NCBI GenBank assembly: GCA_045805025.1
Contig: JBJMLY010000037.1
Span: 1 to 33,989 of the forward strand
DNA from: Cytophagaceae bacterium
GTDB taxonomy: Bacteria > Bacteroidota > Bacteroidia > Cytophagales > Cytophagaceae
Direction: 5' to 3'
DNA: 33,989 nt
Position numbers and translations under genes: made by a program. Each line of letters begins with the position of its first letter. Within the stretch, counting starts at the first letter, position 1. Positions 17,938-26,354 of this stretch are shown here, piece by piece. The notes beneath the pieces are model-generated. The model saw only the letters and a list, made by a program, of their open reading frames with translations. It did not search any database and had not been told where the DNA came from.

Positions 17938-18723
17938 TTGGGAAAGCTTCGATTTTTATTCCGGTATCTTCATCACTATTTTACGGCAGGCACAGAGCAC
18001 GGGCTCCACTCCCCTTTTGTCTATGAGCTTTACAGTCAGACAATACGTCCGAAGAAAATCTATTATCCCTTTCATGCGATTGAAAAGCTGCGTAAAGAAC
18101 TGCTGCGTTCTTCCGAAACCATTCAAGTAGTTGATTATGGAGCGGGCTCTCAGGTGGAAAGAGGAAGTCTTCGCCCCATCAGCAGTATCGCCAGACATTC
18201 AGAGAAAAGTCCGGTGCTTGCGCAGCTGATCTTTAAACTGGTTGACCACTTTCAGCCTGCAGTTGTTCTTGACCTTGGAACATCACTAGGTATTACCACG
18301 CTCTACGAATCGTTTGCCAGGGAGCAGGCAACTATCTATACTTTCGAGGGATGCCCGAACACAGCAAGAATAGCCCTGCGGAATTTTCATCGTCTGAAAA
18401 GAAAAAATATAAATCTGATCGAAGGAAATATTGATAATACCTTGCCGGCCCTGCTTCCAAAGATCTCAAAAATCGACTTTGTTTTCTTTGATGCAAACCA
18501 CCGCTTTGAACCCACGATAAACTACTTCAATATCTGCCTGAGCAAGGCGCATGAATATTCCGTGTTTATTTTTGACGACATACACTGGTCGGAGGAAATG
18601 GAGCAAGCCTGGGAGAAGATCAAAGCCGACGAACGAGTGACACTCACGATTGACCTCTTCTATATCGGACTCGTATTTTTCAGAAAGAAGCAGCCGAAGC
18701 AGGATTTTAAACTCAAGGTATAG
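17938..18723 (+). CDS. Class I SAM-dependent (O-)methyltransferase
   Basis: 261-aa ORF with a TTG start and no in-frame ATG nearby. It has VLDLGTSLGITT (SAM motif I) and DFVFFDANH (O-methyltransferase family-3-like). Confidence 0.7.
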   Translation: MGKLRFLFRYLHHYFTAGTEHGLHSPFVYELYSQTIRPKKIYYPFHAIEKLRKELLRSSETIQVVDYGAGSQVERGSLRPISSIARHSEKSPVLAQLIFKLVDHFQPAVVLDLGTSLGITTLYESFAREQATIYTFEGCPNTARIALRNFHRLKRKNINLIEGNIDNTLPALLPKISKIDFVFFDANHRFEPTINYFNICLSKAHEYSVFIFDDIHWSEEMEQAWEKIKADERVTLTIDLFYIGLVFFRKKQPKQDFKLKV

Positions 18724-18752
18724 GAATAGCACTAGGTACTCTGCAATGAGCA

Positions 18753-19562
18753 CTATAAAATAGCTTTTCTCACTCTCACCAGCTTCTCAAGCAACTGCTC
18801 CAGCAGATCCAACTGCAGCATATTCGCTCCGTCGGATTTAGCTACGGAAGGGGTTGGATGTGTTTCAATGAAGATCCCATCGGCGCCTACTGCGATGGCA
18901 GCTTTGGCGATGGTTTCTATCAGTGCAGGCTTTCCTCCTGTTACGCCTGAAGACTGGTTAGGCTGCTGAAGAGAATGAGTGCAGTCCATTACGACGGGCA
19001 CACCGGTGGCTTTCATTTCAGGAATATTTCTGTAGTCCACTACTAGATCAGAATATCCAAAGGAGTTTCCACGGTCGGTAAGAATGACATTCGGATTTCC
19101 CAGGGACTGAATTTTTTCTACGGCGAACTTCATGGATTGTCCGGAAAGGAACTGACCCTTTTTCACGTTCACCACCTTACCTGTTTTCGCTGCAGCTACC
19201 AGCAGGTCTGTCTGCCGGCAGAGAAAGGCCGGGATCTGCAATACATCCACATACTTTGCGGCGATGGCAGCCTCCTCCGATTCATGAATATCAGTTACTG
19301 TAGGGATATTGAATTTTTCTCCTACCTCTTTGAGGATCGATAATGCTTTTTCGTCACCGATGCCCGTAAAAGAGTCGAGTTTCGTGCGGTTTGCTTTTTT
19401 ATAGGAGCCCTTAAAAATGTAGGGGATTTTATACTTGTCGGATAGCTTTACAATTTTTTCGGCGATTTCAAGAGCCATTTCCCTGCCTTCAATAGCGCAA
19501 GGCCCGGCGATAAGAAAAAAATTGTTGGAGTCTGTATGCTTAAGCTTGGGTATATTGATCAT
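18753..19562 (-). CDS. kdsA: 3-deoxy-8-phosphooctulonate (KDO8P) synthase
   Basis: The ORF has FLIAGPCAIEG, FKGSYKKANRT and DCTHSLQQP. The track ORF runs to 19607, but MINIPKL at 19562 is the more likely start, because a TATATTTG box (minus strand, 19589-19596) lies inside the extension. Confidence 0.92.
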   Translation of the reverse strand: MINIPKLKHTDSNNFFLIAGPCAIEGREMALEIAEKIVKLSDKYKIPYIFKGSYKKANRTKLDSFTGIGDEKALSILKEVGEKFNIPTVTDIHESEEAAIAAKYVDVLQIPAFLCRQTDLLVAAAKTGKVVNVKKGQFLSGQSMKFAVEKIQSLGNPNVILTDRGNSFGYSDLVVDYRNIPEMKATGVPVVMDCTHSLQQPNQSSGVTGGKPALIETIAKAAIAVGADGIFIETHPTPSVAKSDGANMLQLDLLEQLLEKLVRVRKAIL

Positions 19563-19588
19563 AGTTGGTAATTGGCGGTTGCAATGGG

Positions 19589-19596
19589 CAAATATA
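19589..19596 (-). promoter_or_regulatory. Candidate -7 box (TAnnTTTG) for kdsA
   Basis: The minus strand reads TATATTTG, ending 26 nt upstream of ATG 19562. I saw no clear TTTG -33 element. Confidence 0.3.
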
Positions 19597-19689
19597 AGCA
19601 TTACCATGTGTATTTTATACTTGAGGAGTTGACAATTGACCGTTGAGAGTTAACAAGAGCTCTTTTTTCTATTACCAATTGTCAATTGC

Positions 19690-20271
19690 CTACTTTTTCA
19701 CCAGGCACATAAACAACTCCCTTCCTGCTCTCGGCTTGATGGAATTGTAACAGGGGTCGAAATGCTTGAACCTGAACCATGGTTCAAAATAACGAAGGTA
19801 TTCTTCTTTCGTTCCTCCAAAAGGAGGACCTTCGGGTTTTAGCGGATCATTAAATAGCAAGCCCGCCAGTTTGCCTCCGGGAGAAAGAAGAGAAAAGCAT
19901 TTTTCCGCATATTTCTTCCTGAGCGATGGATCGATGGCGCAAAAAAAGGTCTGTTCCAGAATCAGATCGACCCGGATGTCCAGGTCAAAAAAATCTGCTT
20001 TTAATAGATGTGATTCAGGAATTCCCGGACATCGGTTGTGAAGATTCTTCAGAGGGACTTCGGAAAGATCGCAGACAAAAACATTTTTAAAGCCCTGATT
20101 AATGAGATATTCTGCCTCATAGCCATTCCCGCAGCCAGGGATCAGAATTCGTATTTCCAGATCAGTGAGCTGGTCGATGTATTCTTTCAGGGGTGTAGTT
20201 ACCGAACCTGTATCCCATCCCGCCTCCTGATTGAGGTAGCGGCCTTTCCAATATTCTTCATTCAGCAGCAT
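19690..20271 (-). CDS. SAM-dependent methyltransferase, thiopurine/halide methyltransferase (TPMT)-like
   Basis: 193-aa ORF with W-x-x-RY...GWD at the N-terminus and ILIPGCGNGYEA (motif I), resembling the TPMT family. Confidence 0.7.
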   Translation of the reverse strand: MLLNEEYWKGRYLNQEAGWDTGSVTTPLKEYIDQLTDLEIRILIPGCGNGYEAEYLINQGFKNVFVCDLSEVPLKNLHNRCPGIPESHLLKADFFDLDIRVDLILEQTFFCAIDPSLRKKYAEKCFSLLSPGGKLAGLLFNDPLKPEGPPFGGTKEEYLRYFEPWFRFKHFDPCYNSIKPRAGRELFMCLVKK

Positions 20272-20381
20272 AGTATGCGTTATTTTCTAAAAAATAGGGT
20301 TTTTTTGAACAAAAACCGTGGAAATGAACTAATATATACATATTTTTACAGGCTAAGGAAATTTATAAAACCTATTAACCA

Positions 20382-21317
20382 ATGGCTGAAGCTCAGGAAA
20401 ATAAGAAAAAAGGTGGCAGCAAGAAGGCTTTGATTTTAGCTTTTATTATCATTCTGCTTGCTATCAACGCGGTTCAGGTGTGGATGAATATCGACAAAAC
20501 CCAGGAGCTGGATAAGAAAGATAAAACCATTGTCACCCAGCAGACTAAAATTGACAGCGTTTCATTAAAGCTGGACGAAGCCATTAAAGACCTGGAAAGC
20601 AAAAAGCAGCAGATCGCCTCCCTGGGCGGAGATACCACCAAATTCGGAGAGCAGATCAGATCCCTCATCACCGAAAGAGACAAGTATAAAAAAGAAGCCA
20701 AAAACAATTATACCAAATTTGATAACCTGCAGAAAAGACTGGACGAAGCCAACAAGCTGAGAAGCGAAGCCGAGGCGGAAGTGGTCAAATATAAAAAACT
20801 GCTGGCCATGGCCGACACTGAAAATGTCCGTCTCAAATACCAGATCAATGAAAAGCTGGACACGATCAACAACCTGAAAGTCTCCAGAAAAGAACTGGCC
20901 CAGAAAGTAGCTCTGGCCTCTGTCCTCAAAGCTCAGAACATTAAAATTGATGCGATCAACAATAAGGGCAAGGAAAAAGAAGGCGGAGAGTATAAAGCCA
21001 AAAACCTTGATAAGATACGTATCACATTTATCCTGGGAGAAAATAAAGTAGCGACCAAAGAAGGAAAAGATGTATATATCCGCGTGATTGAACCGGATGG
21101 CGCTGCCCTGTTTGATCTCGCTACCGGAGGCGGAAGCTTTATATTCGAGAATAAAGAGATTTTCTACACAATGAAAACCAATATTCTTTACACAGGCAAC
21201 GACCAGCGCGTAGGCTTCGAATATAAAAAAGGAAGCCCTTACAAGCCTGGAGGACACAAAGTGGAGGTTTACTGTGAAGGAAACAAGATCGGAGAAGGAA
21301 CCTTCCTGGTGAAATAA
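20382..21317 (+). CDS. Membrane-anchored coiled-coil protein of unknown function
   Basis: 311-aa ORF with a basic N-terminus, one TM helix (ALILAFIIILLAINAVQVW), a K/E/Q/L-rich heptad-like region of about 170 aa, and a C-terminal beta-rich domain of about 110 aa. I recognised no family. Confidence 0.65.
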   Translation: MAEAQENKKKGGSKKALILAFIIILLAINAVQVWMNIDKTQELDKKDKTIVTQQTKIDSVSLKLDEAIKDLESKKQQIASLGGDTTKFGEQIRSLITERDKYKKEAKNNYTKFDNLQKRLDEANKLRSEAEAEVVKYKKLLAMADTENVRLKYQINEKLDTINNLKVSRKELAQKVALASVLKAQNIKIDAINNKGKEKEGGEYKAKNLDKIRITFILGENKVATKEGKDVYIRVIEPDGAALFDLATGGGSFIFENKEIFYTMKTNILYTGNDQRVGFEYKKGSPYKPGGHKVEVYCEGNKIGEGTFLVK

Positions 21318-21336
21318 TAAATAAGCAGATACAATT

Positions 21337-21370
21337 AAAAAGACCTTCGGCAATCCGAAGGTCTTTTTAA
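21337..21370 (+). terminator. Rho-independent terminator (symmetric, potentially bidirectional)
   Basis: aaaaagaccttcgg / caat loop / ccgaaggtcttttt gives a 14-bp perfect stem whose 3' arm ends in a T run. It starts 20 nt after the stop at 21317. Confidence 0.85.
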
Positions 21371-21607
21371 TTTAATACCAGTGACAAAGCGGATAATTGC
21401 TTTATTGGGATTCCTGGCCCTCACCTTTCCCGTTTTTATGATATACGAGGATCTCCAATTCAATAATTCTGCTTATTTATAAGTCAGACCGAGGGAAAGA
21501 AAGCAGGCCGCTTTATGGCTTAAAATGAGTAAAAGCCTGTTTTTATTAAAAAAAGCCCCAAAATCCAGCAAAAAAGCAAAAGTGACCGCATAGAGCTTAG
21601 GCAATTC

Positions 21608-21638
21608 TTTGTTTTTTAGTTGAAAACCCTTAAATTTG
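21608..21638 (+). promoter_or_regulatory. Candidate Bacteroidota sigma-A promoter of the rpsF-rpsR-rplI operon
   Basis: TTTG (21608-21611), a 19-nt spacer, then TAAATTTG (21631-21638). This matches TTTG-N19-21-TAnnTTTG, and the -7 box ends 32 nt before the rpsF ATG. Confidence 0.55.
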
Positions 21639-21670
21639 CAACCCTAATTAATAACAATTAAAAAAAGAAC

Positions 21671-22036
21671 ATGGAATTGAAAAACTATGAGACGGTATTC
21701 ATTTTAACTCCCGTTTTGTCTGATAATCAGATGAAGGATACCGTTGAAAAATTCAAACAACTCCTGAAAGACAATGGAGCAAAGTTTGTGAATGAGGAAA
21801 ACTGGGGACTCAAAAAGCTGGCATATCCTATCCAGCATAAAACTACAGGATTCTATCAGTTGTTTGAATATCAGGCTAAGCCTAGTTTTATCAACACACT
21901 GGAAGTCGAATTCAGAAGAGATGAAAAGGTCATGAGATTTCTGACTACTGTTCTGGATAAACACGCCATTGAATACAACAAAAAAAGAATGAAAGGCGAC
22001 TTCAATAAAAAAGATAAGGAGGAAGTAAAAGCATGA
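21671..22036 (+). CDS. rpsF: 30S ribosomal protein S6
   Basis: 121-aa ORF with YETVFILTP and [10 protein letters not shown], plus a basic/acidic tail. Confidence 0.95.
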   Translation: MELKNYETVFILTPVLSDNQMKDTVEKFKQLLKDNGAKFVNEENWGLKKLAYPIQHKTTGFYQLFEYQAKPSFINTLEVEFRRDEKVMRFLTTVLDKHAIEYNKKRMKGDFNKKDKEEVKA

Positions 22037-22284
22037 CACTCGTAAACGAACCGGTAAACAGAACCGAGAATCGCAAAAAGTATTGCAGATTCAAAAAGAA
22101 TGGAATCCAGTATATTGACTACAAGGATGCCAACTTCCTTTTAAAATTTGTGAATGAGCAAGGAAAGATCCTTCCAAGAAGATTAACAGGAACAAGTCTG
22201 AAGTTTCAGAGAAAAGTGGCTCAGGCCGTAAAAAGAGCGAGGCATTTATCCCTGCTCCCATATGTTACAGACTCTTTAAAATAA
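22033..22284 (+). CDS. rpsR: 30S ribosomal protein S18
   Basis: 83-aa ORF with [19 protein letters not shown] and [19 protein letters not shown]. It has an ATGA overlap with rpsF. Confidence 0.95.
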   Translation: MTLVNEPVNRTENRKKYCRFKKNGIQYIDYKDANFLLKFVNEQGKILPRRLTGTSLKFQRKVAQAVKRARHLSLLPYVTDSLK

Positions 22285-22291
22285 GAACGAC

Positions 22292-22735
22292 ATGGAAGTA
22301 ATATTAAAAGAAGATATAAAAGGATTAGGATACAAAAATGATATCGTGAAGGTGAAAGCCGGACACGGAAGAAATTACCTGATCCCACGCGGTTATGCAA
22401 TCATGGCCAGCGAATCAAACAAGAAAGTGGTCATCGAAAATACCAAGCAGGCTGCACACAAAGCTGAAAAAATCAAAACCGAGGCTTCTGGCCTGGCTGA
22501 AAAAATCGGCAGCACCGTGCTTGAGATCAAGGCAAAAGTTGGAGAAAGCGGCAAGATTTTCGGCGCCATCACCACGCTTCAGATCTCTGATGCTTTAAAG
22601 GACAAAGGTTTCTCTGTTGACAGAAAGAAAATCGCTTTCAAAGGCGATGTAAAAGAAGTAGGTGAATATACCGCCCTTCTTGACCTTCATAAAGAAGTGA
22701 AACACGAAGTAAAATTCAAAGTGGTAGCTTCTTAA
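22292..22735 (+). CDS. rplI: 50S ribosomal protein L9
   Basis: 147-aa ORF with MEVILKEDIKGLGYKNDIVKVKAGHGRNYLIPRGYA. Confidence 0.95.
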   Translation: MEVILKEDIKGLGYKNDIVKVKAGHGRNYLIPRGYAIMASESNKKVVIENTKQAAHKAEKIKTEASGLAEKIGSTVLEIKAKVGESGKIFGAITTLQISDALKDKGFSVDRKKIAFKGDVKEVGEYTALLDLHKEVKHEVKFKVVAS

Positions 22736-22756
22736 ATCCAACGTAAACAAATTGTT

Positions 22757-22790
22757 AAAAGTCCGGTCCAAAGCCGGACTTTTTTATTTT
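22757..22790 (+). terminator. Rho-independent terminator after rplI
   Basis: aaaagtccgg / 7-nt loop / ccggactttttt followed by atttt. It starts 22 nt after the rplI stop. Confidence 0.8.
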
Positions 22791-22859
22791 ATACGATTCT
22801 ACCCGAAAATAATATATTAAAATAAAAACTATCTTTGCCCGTCACATACCGGTTAAGCG

Positions 22860-23423
22860 ATGTCCTTTTTATCAAATGAAAACAGCAGTTTAAAGCCTTC
22901 CGCCAACAGCGCCGAAGACTTTGAGGCTGTCTTCAGGAAATGGTATCCCTCCCTTTGTCATACCGCTTTCCGCATCGTAAGAGATAAAGACAAAGCGGAA
23001 GACCTGGTGCAGGACGTATTCGTGAAAATGTGGGAAAACAGAAAAACGATTCAGATCAATATCTCGATCAAATCATACCTGTTCCGCTCCTGCATGAATG
23101 CCGCTTTAAATGATGCGGCAAAAGCTAAAAAACACCAGCACGTATCTGCGGAAGACGCACCGATTGCAGGTACCCATCAAACAGAAGAGCGTATTGAGCA
23201 GGAAGATCTTCAGAAAAAGATCGATGAAGGATTAAATCTTCTTCCTCCGGCCTGCAGGAGCGTATTTATTCTAAGTCGTTTTGAGGAAATGAGTTATAAG
23301 GAAATTTCGGAAACACTTCAGATTTCCATAAAAACTGTTGAAAATCAGATGGGTAAGGCATTAAAAATACTCAGGGAGCATCTGAAAGATTACCTTGTAC
23401 TACTAATTTTACTGTTGTATTAA
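22860..23423 (+). CDS. ECF-type RNA polymerase sigma-70 factor (Bacteroidota expansion type)
   Basis: 187-aa ORF with region 2 (AEDLVQDVFVKMWENR) and region 4 HTH (MSYKEISETLQISIKTVENQMGKALK). It lies immediately upstream of a FecR-type gene. Confidence 0.9.
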   Translation: MSFLSNENSSLKPSANSAEDFEAVFRKWYPSLCHTAFRIVRDKDKAEDLVQDVFVKMWENRKTIQINISIKSYLFRSCMNAALNDAAKAKKHQHVSAEDAPIAGTHQTEERIEQEDLQKKIDEGLNLLPPACRSVFILSRFEEMSYKEISETLQISIKTVENQMGKALKILREHLKDYLVLLILLLY

Positions 23424-23434
23424 AAAATATTTTC

Positions 23435-23454
23435 TACCTACGTAGGGGTAGGTA
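23435..23454 (+). other. Hairpin / palindrome between the sigma and anti-sigma genes
   Basis: tacctac (23435-23441) pairs with gtaggta (23448-23454) around a 6-nt loop. This overlaps the perfect 10-bp palindrome cctacgtagg. Confidence 0.4.
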
Positions 23455-23479
23455 CTCATAGATTTGTCATAGTCACAGA

Positions 23480-24496
23480 ATGGCCGAAGAACTACATAAC
23501 AGGAACGAAGAATTCATTCACGATCTGATCGCGAAGCAACTGCAGGGCGAGCTTTCGGAAAGAGAACAAAAAATCCTTCTGGCATGGATAAGCGAGAAGG
23601 AAGAGAATAAATTCCTTTATGAGAAAACGGTGAAAGCATGGGAATTTTCAGGCCGGAAACAGGAAAATTTTCAGGTGGATACCGAGGCAGCCTGGGCCAA
23701 AGTAAGACAAAGAACAGCACAAGATCCGAAAGTGATACGAATCTGGGAGCGGCCGGCGTTCCAGATTGCCGCTTCTCTTGTCTTTCTGATCACATTAGGC
23801 TACCTGACGAATTCATTTTTCAGGTCCGCTCCCGAATATACCACCGTGGCTTCGGGCAGCGAACGGATGAAGATCTACCTGCCCGACAGCAGTATTGTCT
23901 GGCTTAACAAACACAGCTCTGTAAAGTACTCAGACGCGTATAACAAATACCTGAGAGAAGTGCAGCTCGACGGAGAAGCATTTTTTGATGTGCGGAGAGA
24001 TGAATCCAGAAAATTCGTAGTGAAAGGTCACCATTCGCTTACGGAAGTGCTGGGAACATCCTTTATCGTGAAATCCTACCATGACAGGCCGGAGGAATCC
24101 GTAGAAGTGGTGACAGGAAAGGTATCCTTTACCAGCCGCACCGACAGCAGAAAATCAGTATTGCTGACGCCCGGATTACAGGGAAAGCTGGACGGGAACG
24201 GAATGGTTACCATGCAGCAGATCCAGGATCAGAACTTCAAGGCATGGAAAGAGAAAAAACTTGAATTCGACAACACGAACCTTTCCCAAGTGATCCAGTC
24301 GCTGAACAGCTATTTTGACAATCAGGTAATCGTCTCGGACTCCGCCCTATTACAGTGCAGCTTTACAGGAAGCTTTGAAAATCCTGAGCTTGAACAGATC
24401 ATCAGCATTATTTCAGTATCGCTGAATGTTGATTACAAAAAAGAGCAGAACAGATACATCCTTTCCGGCCAGGGATGTACAGACAAAAATCATTAG
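23480..24496 (+). CDS. FecR-family anti-sigma factor / transmembrane sensor
   Basis: 338-aa ORF with a cytoplasmic N-terminal domain, one TM helix (FQIAASLVFLITLGYL), a periplasmic FecR domain (VWLNKHSSVKY, GEAFFDV, VLGTSFIV) and a C-terminal DUF4974-like module (NLSQVIQSLNSYF...). Confidence 0.9.
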   Translation: MAEELHNRNEEFIHDLIAKQLQGELSEREQKILLAWISEKEENKFLYEKTVKAWEFSGRKQENFQVDTEAAWAKVRQRTAQDPKVIRIWERPAFQIAASLVFLITLGYLTNSFFRSAPEYTTVASGSERMKIYLPDSSIVWLNKHSSVKYSDAYNKYLREVQLDGEAFFDVRRDESRKFVVKGHHSLTEVLGTSFIVKSYHDRPEESVEVVTGKVSFTSRTDSRKSVLLTPGLQGKLDGNGMVTMQQIQDQNFKAWKEKKLEFDNTNLSQVIQSLNSYFDNQVIVSDSALLQCSFTGSFENPELEQIISIISVSLNVDYKKEQNRYILSGQGCTDKNH

Positions 24497-24520
24497 AAAC
24501 TTTTAAACGAAAAAAATCAA

Positions 24521-26317
24521 ATGAGGCTTTACATAAACCTTATAATGGCCGTACTATTTCTTTTCCTATCGATGTCCCTGCAAGCGCAGGTGCTCGAAAA
24601 GAAGATCACGCTACATGAAGACAGAATTGAGCTTGGACAGGCGCTGAAAAAACTGAAGCAGAATTTCGGAGTCAAACTTTCCTATGCCAATAATGCCATT
24701 CCTGAAAAGAAAATCATCAGCATTGATGTAAAAGAAGTTAGCTTGAAGGAGGTGCTGGACAAACTTTTTATAGGTACGAATGTCTCCTACCAGCTTATCG
24801 GAGACCAGATCGTCCTGAAAAGCGATAAAAAGAAAGAAGTAAAAAAGATCAGCAAAGCAATTAAAGAAGACAGCAGTAAAACGCAACCGCTGAATCAGAA
24901 TGTGCCGACGCAGAACGAAACCGTCAACAACGAGGAGACCGTTCTGCCCGACACTTCACAAACTACGGTAGTGCAGGAAATAAAACCAGGCCCTACCCCT
25001 TCTCAAAAAGAGCTGCGCAGAGCTTACCGGCTTGAGAAGAAAAGGCTGAAGTATTCTTATATGCTGAAGAGAGACAGTCTTTACCGCATGGAGAACACTC
25101 CCGGCACGGCCAACCAGCAGCGCTGGAATGAAACTGTGCAGAACCTTAAAAGAGAGATCAGGGAAATCAGAGACAGCATTCAGCAAGGAAGCTATAAGTT
25201 ATTTCCTCCTGCAAAAGCAGATTCTTCGAGGAGCAAAACGGACTCCGCGTCTGCACCGCTCTCAGGAGATAGCATCCACTACGAAACAAGACCAGCGCAG
25301 GTAACTTTTGTAAGTCCGATAGGCACCAATGGCATCCGCTGCGGAAGGATCGTGAACGGCGTTTCTCTGAATATCCTTGGCGGATACTCGGCAGGATTGC
25401 AGGGATTTGAATTCGGCGGACTCGTAAACCTGGAAAGAGATTATGTGCATGGAGCACAATTTGCCGGACTTGTGAACCTGGTACGTAACCAGGTGAATGG
25501 CGGGCAATTCAGCGGATTGGTTAATGTAGCAGGCAGACGAGTAAAAGGCGGACAATTCGCCGGCCTTATCAATGTTGCCGGCGACAGTGTGACGGGCGCG
25601 CAATTCGCCGGACTCATTAATGCCACCCACGGTTCCTTCAAAGGAGTTCAGGGAGCGGGATTGTGCAATGTTGTTACCGGTAATTTTCACGGACCCCAGT
25701 TCGGCTTTATCAATGTAACGGCGAAGGAACACAGAGGAACACAGGTGGGCTTTATTAACTATAGCAGCAAACTGAAAGGTGCACAGATCGGCTTCCTCAA
25801 CGTATGCGACTCTGCCCAGGGGATCCCTGTCGGATTCCTGAGTATTGTAAGACATGGTTATCATAAAATGGAATTGTATGGAGGAGAATCCATGTACGGA
25901 AACGTAGCCCTTAAAACCGGCGTAAGGCATTTTTATAATATCCTTTATGCAGGAGGAGAAGTAAGCTCCAATTATTACCGCTGGGCATTCGGATATGGAA
26001 TAGGTACAGAACACGCAATCGGCGACAGAATAAATCTGGGACTGGATCTGATTGCCATGCACGTCAATGAAAACCAGGCTTTCACCGCGAAGCTGAATCT
26101 CCTGAATCAGGCAAGGCTTAATCTGGGCGTGGCGATATCCCGTTCCGCTTCCCTGTTTGCCGGACCTACCTTCAATGTGATGGTCTCACAATATGTAAAT
26201 CCTGACTATACCTTCGGGTCCAAGTTGGGTAAAGGACAGCTCTATAACAGCACAACAGGCTCCACTCCTACCAATATCAGAATGTGGATAGGATTTAACG
26301 GAGGAATACGATTCTGA
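24521..26317 (+). CDS. STN-domain outer-membrane protein with a 14-16-residue repeat array; apparently not a TonB-dependent receptor
   Basis: 598-aa ORF with a signal peptide (…SLQAQ), then an STN-like domain at about residues 27-100 (LGQALKKLKQNFGVKLSY...VSLKEVLDKLFIGTNVSYQLIGDQIVLK). A K/E/S/T-rich linker follows, then about 10 G-x-Q-[FVI]-x-G-[LF]-[IV]-N repeats, then a C-terminal region of alternating strands ending ...GFNGGIRF. I saw no plug or large-barrel motifs, and the protein is too short for a SusC/FecA-type receptor. Confidence 0.75.
   Translation: MRLYINLIMAVLFLFLSMSLQAQVLEKKITLHEDRIELGQALKKLKQNFGVKLSYANNAIPEKKIISIDVKEVSLKEVLDKLFIGTNVSYQLIGDQIVLKSDKKKEVKKISKAIKEDSSKTQPLNQNVPTQNETVNNEETVLPDTSQTTVVQEIKPGPTPSQKELRRAYRLEKKRLKYSYMLKRDSLYRMENTPGTANQQRWNETVQNLKREIREIRDSIQQGSYKLFPPAKADSSRSKTDSASAPLSGDSIHYETRPAQVTFVSPIGTNGIRCGRIVNGVSLNILGGYSAGLQGFEFGGLVNLERDYVHGAQFAGLVNLVRNQVNGGQFSGLVNVAGRRVKGGQFAGLINVAGDSVTGAQFAGLINATHGSFKGVQGAGLCNVVTGNFHGPQFGFINVTAKEHRGTQVGFINYSSKLKGAQIGFLNVCDSAQGIPVGFLSIVRHGYHKMELYGGESMYGNVALKTGVRHFYNILYAGGEVSSNYYRWAFGYGIGTEHAIGDRINLGLDLIAMHVNENQAFTAKLNLLNQARLNLGVAISRSASLFAGPTFNVMVSQYVNPDYTFGSKLGKGQLYNSTTGSTPTNIRMWIGFNGGIRF
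25301..25855 (+). repeat. Intragenic array of about ten 42-48-bp (14-16 codon) repeats inside the STN protein gene
   Basis: Consecutive units read GAQFAGLVNLVRNQVN / GGQFSGLVNVAGRRVK / GGQFAGLINVAGDSVT / GAQFAGLINATHGSFK / GVQGAGLCNVVTGNFH / GPQFGFINVTAKEHR / GTQVGFINYSSKLK / GAQIGFLNVCDSAQ / GIPVGFLSIV. The central units show strict 48-nt periodicity from 25451. Confidence 0.85.
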
Positions 26318-26354
26318 TATTCTAAACAAAACTTTTTATTCAAAATTTAAGACT

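Noticed and set aside
19563-19607. 15-codon N-terminal extension of kdsA in the track ORF
   Set aside because: The extension (MVMLIFAHCNRQLPT) is not KdsA-like and contains a TATATTTG promoter-type box. MINIPKL at 19562 fits typical KdsA N-termini.
20565-21353. 262-aa minus-strand ORF antisense to the coiled-coil protein gene
   Set aside because: The sense strand is rich in AAA, GAA and AAG codons, whose complements rarely give stop codons. The antisense translation is F/L/S-rich nonsense, and the ORF runs through the strong terminator hairpin.
21639-21700. Possible S6:S18-binding autoregulatory leader at rpsF
   Set aside because: With the candidate promoter at 21608-21638 the 5' UTR would be only about 25 nt. 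I could not find a convincing structure by eye, and testing this needs a covariance-model scan.
25262-26062. 266-aa minus-strand ORF nested opposite the STN-protein repeat region (also 25441-25641 and 25167-25457)
   Set aside because: It lies entirely antisense to a gene with clear domain structure. The repetitive GGN/CAR/AAY codon usage of the repeats leaves the opposite strand free of stops by chance. The translation is low-complexity with no recognisable motifs.
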